Origin: the human T2T-CHM13v2.0 reference genome, Homo sapiens
Strand: one strand, 5' to 3'
Length of the DNA: 64,000 bases
Assembly: GCF_009914755.1 (NCBI RefSeq)
Contig: NC_060929.1
Position 1 is the stretch's first letter, and each line of letters opens with the position of its first letter. The notes under the pieces were generated by a model that did no database searches, was not told the origin of the DNA, and was given only the letters and a program-made list of their open reading frames with translations. Positions 53,841 through 64,000 of this stretch are shown one piece after another. Made by a program: the position numbers and the translations under genes.

Positions 53841-54804
53841 TAGCTGCGAGTAGGAGAGGGAGCCAAACTGTTAGGGAGGATGGAATCAAGAAATGTTTGT
53901 TCAGGCAAAATTACTGAAATGATCATATTGTCATAGAGTATAGTATGACATCTTTCTCATGGTTTCCATTTTTTTTGTCAATTAGATTTCACTAACCTTC
54001 TTCAGCATCTACTGTATACACGGCAGTGAACTATGTTCTCCTCTGTACCTTATTACTCTGCAACATACTGAGAGCTGAGATCCATTTCATACATAATGAA
54101 TATAAATTTTTCACTCTTAAATATTGACAATGTGATACCTAATTTCCATTTCTGAGTATATCTGAATATAGACCAAATGACATAAGAAACTCCGTAAAAA
54201 ACAATTAACACTGAACACTGCACAATGGCCCTCCTATTTGTTGGAAGGTGGTCACATTTTACCTCCTTATACAGCATTCCAAATTTCCCTGAAGATTACT
54301 ACAGAAGCATAAATGATGATCACTGGAAATTATCATGTAGCCGAAGCTGACACTCACAGAAGTATATGTTATCCTTCAAACAAAAAAATCCTAAGTTTGT
54401 CCTAACTTTATCTGACCCATTTTTTAATGCTCTCTAACATTAGTGAATGATATAATGTTTATGCAGAATTAGATAAGCTTATGTTAAGCTTTTCACAAGG
54501 CTAAACAGTTGGTTGCTTGAATTTTGGGAGCACAGAAAAAAAAAAAAACAGTAATTACAACCAATCCAACCTTTGGCTTTTGCTTTAGCACATTAGTTAA
54601 ATAAGAATCTACTTGGTATTTGAAAGCGTTCAAAACTGGAATGAAACATATGAATTAGAAAGAAGGTAATTTCCTCTTTTTTATCTGAAAGGGAGGTATG
54701 ATTTTATGCGTGATCAGTGACATCATACACTCATATTTCCTCTGTGGATACAATACATTCATGAATTGGGTTAATGTCTTCTGAAATTTTGTAGCAACTA
54801 CCAT

Positions 54805-55707
54805 CTTTCTTTTATTTTTAAATTTTTAAATAAAATATTTTATTTTAGATTCAAGAGGTACGTGTGCATATTAGTTACATGGGTATGTTGTGTACTAGTA
54901 GGGACAGGGCTTCTAGTGTACCTGTTACCCAAATAGTGAATACTGTATCCGAAAGATAATTTTTCTACCCTTGCCCCCTTTCCACCTCCCCGATTTTGGA
55001 GTCCCTAGTATCTATTATTTCCGTCTTTATATCCATGTGTTCCCATTGTTTAGTTCTCACTTATAAGAAAGAACATGTGGTATTTGGTTTCTTGTTTCTG
55101 AGTTAGTTCACTTAGGATAATGGCCTCCAGCTGCACCCAGTGTTGCTGCAAAGGACATGATTTCATTCTTTTTTATAATTGCATAGTATTCCATGGTGTG
55201 TATATACCACATTTTCTTTATCCAGTCAACTGTTGATGGACACTTAGGTTGATTCCATGACTTTGCTATTGTTAACAATGCTGTGATTAACATACAGGCA
55301 CAGGTATCTTTGTATATAATTATTTATTTTCCTTTGGATAGACACCCAGTAGTAGGATTGCTGGGTATAATGGTAGTTCTGTTTTTAGTTCTTTACTATT
55401 TTAGTTCCATACTGTTTTCCATGGAGGTTGAACTAATTTACATTCCCACCAACAGTGTATGAGCATTCCATTTTATCTGCATTCATGCCAACATGTTGTT
55501 TTTTGACTTTTTAATAATAGCTATTCTGACTGGTGTAAGATGATATCTCATTGTAGTTTTAATTTGCATTTCTCTGATGATTAGTGATGTTGACCATTGT
55601 TTCATGTGTTTGTTGGCTGTTTGTATTTCTTCTTTTGAGAAATGTTTGTTCATATCCTTTGCCCAGTTTTAATCAAGTTTTTTTTTTCTTGTTGAGTCGT
55701 TTGAGTA
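54805..55707 (-). mobile_element. L1PB-type 3' portion
   Basis: ttttagattcaagaggtacgtgtgcata...cttctagtgtacctgttacccaaatagtgaa...gctgcaaaggacatgatttcattctttttt. Confidence 0.88.
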
Positions 55708-56340
55708 ACTATTACTTTACATTTTGTTTTTCAGAGGTCTTGAAAGCCTAGTTTGGAAATGATAACTTCCCTTTTTCTATTGTTAGTTATGCTCTGAACC
55801 AATCATTTACAAGGAAATGCAATCACTAGTGAAGGGAGTCGTTATGTTGGTATTACATGAATAAAGGGTGTGTGCGTGTTTGCAAAATGGCAACTTGCAA
55901 ACGTAATATTCTTCTTTACCTCCTCTTTGTAATAAATAGTGAGTACTTAAAATGTTTAGGGAAAAAATAAATGTAAAATTCTACTTGAAAGTTTACCAAA
56001 TTTTTAAAAAGTATACAGAGGAAGAGAAATGTATAGATTTTAACAATCATCTAGCGTTATCTTAACTGTATCTCAGGAAATATCTATATAGTCACTCTGA
56101 ATATGTGTATGTCAGGCTAAATCAGGCAGATAGATGAGCAGTTAAGTTCAGTTATCATTAGATTTTTTTTCTTATTAGAGTGATATTTTAGTTCTAAAAG
56201 GGTAGTTTTAATTAAGGCATAAGGGTTTATTTAAACTAACAAATGATTATGTGTCATTATACCATGATAAACAAACCTGATGAACTTAGTGATTTCTTTA
56301 AGATTTTTAATCTCTTTGGTATTTGTCCAAGACATCAGGT

Positions 56341-56524
56341 GTCCAGAATATACTCTGCTGAGAAATCTATATCAATGATTGAGAGTTAATATCTATGAGC
56401 TATTTTCCATGTTGTCTGAAAGTGTTTTTAAGTTGTATAGAATATATCTTTCTGAGAAATCTTTATCACATATAAGAGTTGCTATCTGCAAGCTATTTTC
56501 TGTGTTGTCTGACAGGTTTTCTAA
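56341..56524. repeat. degenerate ~94-bp tandem duplication
   Basis: agaatata...ctgagaaatctatatca...gagtt..tatct..agctattttc..tgttgtctga occurs at 56345 and again at 56439. Confidence 0.8.
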
Positions 56525-56719
56525 AAACTAAAATAGCTAAAAAAAATGAAACAGGAAAAATGTGTCAGTTTTAATGGTGCAGATTACCCATATCAGATTG
56601 TTACTTGGATTTCAACCAAGACTGAACTAACTAATTAAACAGAAGGAAAACCTTCTTCAAAATCATACAGAGCATTAGTACAGAGCTGAAATTGCAACTT
56701 CACTTATCAGGTTGTTTTT

Positions 56720-57070
56720 GACAGGATGCTTTGTGGTGCAAGTGACAGAACCACAGCTAAACTAACTGGAAAAAAGAAGAAACTATAGTCCTAGGAAGCC
56801 AGAAAGTCTGAGTGTGCTTTGGCCTTAGGCATAGCTCAGTGCTGTGTTCAGTGCTCTCAATAGCACTCAGTTTTTCTTATGTCACTTCTCTGCCCTGTCT
56901 GGGTGGTGAGGTCTGCTTTTCTTTCTCTAGGATTATAGTGTGCAAAATATCAGCCTGTGGTCAAAGGCAACCATTTTTTTTTCCTTTTACAAGAGAGATC
57001 TTGCCCATGAATAAAGCTAATCCGGAAGGAAACATTTATAACGAAGTATATTAATTGGCCAGAGTGTGAT
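56720..57070. mobile_element. possible ancient ERVL LTR (LTR33-like)
   Basis: caggatgctttgtggtgcaagtgacagaaccacagctaaactaactgg resembles the LTR33-family terminus. Confidence 0.4.
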
Positions 57071-57119
57071 ATGCATTCACTTTTAGGAAAAGATGAAAGT
57101 TGTGTAAAATAAAAACTGA

Positions 57120-57771
<652 letters not shown>

Positions 57772-58109
57772 AAAGGAAAAGAAATTTTAAGATTTTTAAA
57801 AGTTACTTTAAAAGGATATCCACAAACTTAAAATGCTTTCAGAAAACTTATATTTATGACAACCTAAATTTATAACAAACATGGAGAAATTTGATGGGAC
57901 TGAAAGTAACTTGAAAATGCACTGCTCGCTTATTATCTTTCAAATTCAAATGTATTCAAAATACTGGACTCACCAAGAAAAAAGGCAGCAACAAAAATTA
58001 CGTCTATAGCCTTTGGACTACACGTTTTCAACACTGCTACTAATACATTTGGGGAGGGATTTCCTTCAAAACAAAAAAGAGAGAGAGACAAGAGACAAAA
58101 TATTTTATT

Positions 58110-58385
58110 TTTTGCATCATAATTTTTTAAATTTAACCTTTTGTTTGGAAATAATTATCAATTCACATACAGTTGTAAAAAAAAATACCCAGAGATTCCA
58201 TGTGTCCTTTATCCAGTTTCTCTCACTGATAACATCTCGCAAAACTATATTCACAACCAGGATATGGATATAATCCACTGATGTTATTCAGATTTTCTTA
58301 GTTTTGCAAGTACTCTGTGTATGGGTGTTTGTGTGCATGTATACACACATGGATTTAGTTTCATGCAATTTTATCACGTTGTATA
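58110..58385 (-). mobile_element. L1MC-type 3' fragment
   Basis: tttggaaataattatcaattcacatacagttgtaaaaaaaaatacccagagattccatgtgtcctttatccagtttc...cacaaccaggatat. Confidence 0.7.
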
Positions 58386-59519
58386 GTGAGTTTAAAGGCA
58401 GAGTTTATAGATCAGATGTATCTATTATCAAGGTGTTATTATTTTTAGAAATCTTAGTAGCAAAATGTTCTTATTTTATATGAAAAATATGCATACAGGA
58501 TATGAAGAAGAGTGTACCTTATTATTCTTATACCAGATCATTGCTTTAAACAATTTATTCAAGCTGTATACGCTCTTTAACATGTTTTCATTCTTTCCAT
58601 AATTATAGAATGAAATATGTATGTTTATTTTCCCTCAAGTTATTTATTTTCTTTAATATTGAGAATCAGGCTTTTTTTTTTATTTTACCATTATTACCAG
58701 AGAAGTAGGGCACATTTTAAGAATCTTACTTTTAATATCTGCAGACAATAATTGAGGGCAAACAATTGTGTTAATTTGAAAATTCACTATTTTACTTAGA
58801 ATTTTTATATTCACTAGTCTTATAAAGGAAAGATTATTAGTCATTTTCATTAAGGACAATAAGACTCTCCATTTAGTTACATAACTAAATCATCAACAAT
58901 AAAATGGGATTAATATTTGCAAAGCAAATTACTGAACCCATAGGTACATATTCACCATTATATTGCACACCACTTAAATGATTTTTTATTTTCTTACATG
59001 CCTTCATAATTTTTCTAATTTGCAGAGTCTTCACTTCCTGGTAAAGGAATGCCTCATTCTCCCAAATCCTCCTTAATCTCATATCTAAGAAGAGATACAA
59101 ACAGATTTTTCCAAGTTAGAGGATCCTTTCTCGTTAAAAAAAAAAAAGTAGTAGCATAATGAAAACAAAATAACTTTCAGATTGAAGTAACTTCTTTACA
59201 TAAGTAAATTAAGGAGACTTTTTTCCTTCATAGAGAAGACCAAAGATTTTCACAGACAGCTTTACCCATAATAGTATGGCCTCTTATTTCTCTTTCAACA
59301 GAGATAATTTAGTTTCTTAGTTCTCAAATTATGATCTGAAGTCAAATGATAGCTATTGTAAACATATTTGAATCATTTTCTAAGGCAAATTTAATCAAGA
59401 GCATTTTCATGTACTCATTTATTCAATACCTACATTAATAATAATATAAAAACAAATTTCAACAACTACAAAGATAACAACTACAACAATAACTAATTAT
59501 ATACAATAATAATAACTAA

Positions 59520-59740
59520 GCAGTTACAATATGCCACATTCTTTTCTACATATTTCAAATACAAATACTCATTTAACACTAACAGCCACCCTATGAGGTA
59601 TATACTATTTATGGTATTTCTTATTTTACAAATAGTTAAACTGAGGCACAAAAAGTTAAAGGATTTGTCCAAGGTCACATGTTTATTAAGTTTTAGAGCC
59701 TGGCTCCATCCATGGCATCTGGCTCCAGAATCTAAGCACT
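59520..59740 (-). mobile_element. MIR
   Basis: actcatttaacactaacagccaccctatgaggta...aaactgaggcacaaaaagttaaaggatttgtccaaggtcaca. Confidence 0.85.
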
Positions 59741-59811
59741 TCGTTGCAATGCACATGCACCCCCCTGAATTACAATGAGACATACATGGAAAAGAGACAC
59801 ACATGGAAAAG

Positions 59812-59987
59812 ATATAATAGTGGGGTGTTAAGTCTCCCACTATTATTGTATGGGAATCTAAGTCTCTCCGTAGGTCTCTAAGAACTTGCTTTATGAATGT
59901 GGGTGCTCCTGTATTGGGTGCATATATATTTTGGATAGTTAGCTCTTCTTGTTTCAGTGATCCCATTACCAGTATGTAAAGCCCTTC
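59812..59987 (-). mobile_element. inverted 5' segment of an L1PA (ORF2 endonuclease region)
   Basis: Minus-strand translation QEELTIQNIYAPNTGAPTFIKQVLRDLRRDLDSHTIIVGD matches the L1 ORF2 endonuclease domain. Confidence 0.92.
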
Positions 59988-61823
59988 AGCAAAGTCTCAG
60001 CATACAAAATCAATGTGCAAAAATCACAAGCATTTCTATACACCAATAATAGACAATCAGAGAGCCAAATCATCAGTGAACTACCATTCACAATTGCTAC
60101 TAAGAGAATAAAATACCTAGGAATACAACTTACAAGGGATGCGAAGGACCTCTTCAAGGAGAACTACAAACCACTGCTCAAGGAAATAAGAGAGGACACA
60201 AACAAATGGAAAAACATTCCATGCTCATGGATAGGAAGAATCAATATGGTGAAAATGGTCATACTGCCCAAAGTAATTTATAGATTCAATGCTATCCCCA
60301 TCAAGCTACCATTGACTTTCTTCACAGAATTAGAAAAAACTATGTTAAATTTCATATGGAATCAAAACAGAGCCTGTATAGCCAAGACAATTCTAAGCAA
60401 AAGAACAAAGCTGGAGGCATCATGCTACCTGACTTCAAACTATACTACAAGGCTACAGTAATCCAAACAGTATGGTACTGGTACCAAAACAGATATATAG
60501 ACCAATGGAACAGAATAGAGGCCTCAGAAACAATGCCACACATCTACAACCATCTGATCTTTGACAAACCTGACAAAAACAAGCAACAGGGAAAGGATTC
60601 CCTATTTTGTAAATGGTGTTGGGAAAACTGGCTACCCATATGCAGAAAACTGAAACTGGACCCCTTCCTTACACCTTATAAATTAACTGAAGATGGGTTA
60701 AAGATTTAAATGTAAGACCTAAAACCATAGAAACCCTAGAAGAAAACCTAGGCCATACCATTCAGGACATAGGCACGGGCAAAGACTTCATAATTAAACA
60801 CCAAAAGCAATGGCAACAAAAGCCAAAATTGACAAATGGGATCTAATTAAACTAAAGAGCTTCTGCACAGTAAAAGAAACTATCATCAGAGTGAACAGGC
60901 AACCTACAGAATGGGAGAAAATTATTGCAATCTATCCAGCTGACAAAGGGCTAATATCCAGAATCCATAGGAACTTAAACAAATTTACAAGAAAAAAACA
61001 AACACCCCATCAAAAAGTGGGCGAAGGATATGAACAGACATTTCTCAAAAGAAGACATTTATGCAGCCAACAAATATATGAAAAAAAAAGCCCATCATCA
61101 CTGGTCATTAGAGAAATGCAAATCAAAACCACAATGAGATATCATCTCACGTCAGTTAGAATGGTGATCAATAAAAAGTCAGGAAACAACAGAGGCTGGA
61201 GAGGATGTGGAGAAATAAGAATGCTTTTACACTATTGGTGGGAGTGTAAATTAGTTCAACCATTGTGGAAGACAGTGTGGTGATTCCTCAAGGCTCTAGA
61301 ACCATTTGACCCAGCAATCCCATTACTGGGTATATACCCAAAGGATTTTAAATCATTCTACTATAAAGACACATGCACACGTATGTTTATTGCAGTACTA
61401 TTCACAATAGCAGAGACTTGGAACCAACCCAAATGCCCATCAGTGATAGACTAGATAAAGAAAATGTCACACATATACACCATGGAATACTATGCAGCCA
61501 TAAAAAAGGATGAGTTCATGTCCTTTGCAGGACATGGATGAAGCTGGAAACCATCATTTTCAGCAAACTGACACAGGAACAGAAAACCAAACATTGCATG
61601 TTCTCACTAATAGTGGGAGTTGAACAATGAGAACACATGGACACAGGGAGGGGAACATCACACACCAGGGCCTGTTGAGGAGTGGGATACTAGGGGAGGG
61701 ATAGCATTAGGATAAATACCTAATGTAGGTGATGGGTTGATGAGTGCAGCAAACCACCATGGCACGTGTATACCTATGTAACATGTATCTGCACATGTAT
61801 CCCAGAACTTAAAGTATAAAAAA
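59984..61823 (+). mobile_element. L1PA (about L1PA6-8) late ORF2 and 3'UTR, frameshifted
   Basis: [63 protein letters not shown]; 3'UTR ending cccagaacttaaagtataaaaaa. Confidence 0.96.
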
Positions 61824-62007
61824 CAGATTGAATTTAAATACTTGTTATTTTGATTACCACATCTCTAATAACTTCCTTGTGTTTTTTCTTCATCTTTCAG
61901 TTTTAGTCATTTTCTATTGACTTAGTTAACTTTCCTTTCCTACACAATCACACATGTGTATCCTGTCCTTGACTCCCTATACTTCATATGGGGCATATAA
62001 TAATTTT

Positions 62008-62088
62008 TCATACATATATATATGAATATATATATATATATGAGTGTGTGTATATATATGTGTGTGTGTGTGTGTATATATATATATG
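62008..62088. repeat. (TA)n/(TG)n microsatellite
   Basis: Directly visible. Confidence 0.9.
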
Positions 62089-62239
62089 TTTTGTATTCTT
62101 CACTAACTGCTTCTCCAGATTCACTGGGTTTTCTGTCAATTTATTTTTCTGAACAATCCCTTCTTTTTGCCTTCTGACCTGCTGAAATATCTATTGGTTG
62201 CCCTTTATGTTCCTGTTTGCACCATGTTTTCTGTTTCCT

Positions 62240-62890
62240 GATTTTCTCTCTGCTTGGGAATAACAAATCTATTAATAGTTCTCTGAGAAATGAGCTTGAA
62301 AGATAGTTCTTTGAGGTACAGCAATGACCTTATTTTCTCCTAACACTTCATTGATATCTTGTTTAGCTATAGAATTCTAGGTTTGAAGCCATTTTCATCA
62401 TATTTTGAAATGACTATTTGATTACTTTTTGTACTTCCAGTTTTCATTGAGAAGTCTATAGACATGCTGCTTTTTGAGCCTTTTATCACTGTCCTCCCAG
62501 GAGGCATCTAACATATCCTCTGCCTCAAGGCTCTAAAATTTCACAGTGGTGTGCTTCATATGGGTCTAATTTCATCGGATTTAGCTTTTATAGAATAAGC
62601 CCTTTGAATTTGGAAACTCAAGCCCTTCATCTGTTGCATTTTGTGGAAATTTTCTTGAATTATTTTGTTGATAATTTTTTCCTCTCTGTTCCTCTGCTCA
62701 CTCATTCTGGAACTACTGTTATTTGGATATTGGATCTCCTGAACTGTTCCTTAATTCCTTAAACTTTTCCCACAAATTTTCTTTTTTTGTCTTTTTGCTT
62801 AACTTTCTAGATTTTATTACCTTTATTTTCCAACTCTTCTTTTGCATTTTAAAATTTCTGTTATATTTTAATTTTGGTGCATTTTATATT
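62240..62890 (-). mobile_element. old L1M(E) fragment
   Basis: gctatagaattctaggtttg...ttgagaagtct...ggaaattttcttgaattattt...ttctggaactactgttatttggatattggatctcctg. Confidence 0.6.
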
Positions 62891-62938
62891 TTGGTTTTTC
62901 TACATATGTACTTGATATGTGTGATTATGTGTGGATAG

Positions 62939-63390
<452 letters not shown>

Positions 63391-64000
63391 GTGGTCTGGT
63401 TTTATGTTCTCAGTATCTTCCCTCACTTTTCTGAAGATAGTAATTCATTATACATTTTTTTGTCTTCTTCTACCTGAATATTCTCTATTTCTATAGAGAT
63501 GGCTTCTATCCTTAATAAACTGCTCAAGATTGAGCATAAGGGATGAAAATCTGATGAGAAACGTTGAAAAAGTGACTTGGTTTTGTCAACAATGACAAGG
63601 ATATCCCTAAATTCAGAGATGATGGAAAATAAATATTGAATTTGTTAACATTACTTTTTTGCTCAGAGAGGGTCAGTTGTCTGGCTGCACAATCTGACTG
63701 ATTATTTTCACTCAACCAACTTTTACTCCTATTTCTGGAGGTTCCAGTAAGGGTTTCTAAGGTTCAATTTAAGTTTATTCTTGGTTTTGCCCATTGCAAG
63801 TCTACAATTCAGTTTTCTACAATTTGCTAGATCTATTACCACTTATCTGTGTGCAGTCAACTTCCACAATTATAGTGTCCTCCACTTTTATTCCCTATGT
63901 TTTTGTGTATCCCTTTAAAGATTCACTTTATTACTGTCCTCATTGAGTTCAATAAATAGTAAATGTGGAAATTACTGTTAAATCTACCATTTTTATTCAG

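Noticed and set aside
60015-61283. 148-, 117- and 157-aa ORFs
   Set aside because: Frameshifted pieces of L1 ORF2; not an active element or a host gene

Overview
This is AT-rich primate genomic DNA, most likely human or great ape (AluY, AluS, AluJ, L1PA, THE1C, MER41B). It looks intergenic or deep-intronic. I could not support any intact protein-coding exon or RNA gene. The supplied ORFs fall in Alu, L1, LTR or microsatellite sequence, in the pseudogene, or are short chance ORFs. The main gene-like feature is a full-length, disabled processed pseudogene of HSPA8 (HSC70) at about 24771-27000, with 5'UTR, 3'UTR and target-site duplications (TSDs). The rest is a layered record of transposons. 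I found no evidence of a new biological system. The most noteworthy local structures are: (1) a 138-bp inverted copy of nearby unique DNA inserted into an AluJ, with a fold-back junction (8981-9118 vs 9896-10033); (2) a MER41B solo LTR retaining both tandem STAT GAS motifs and carrying a 19-bp internal multiplication; (3) an MST MaLR provirus apparently truncated by an L1 insertion-mediated deletion; (4) an L1PA with a 5' inversion and a large internal gap; (5) an L1MA whose 5'-end-like segment is fused directly to late ORF2; (6) several small template-switch palindromes and duplications. Repeat family and subfamily names come from remembered consensus sequences, not from a database search, and boundaries of old elements are approximate.
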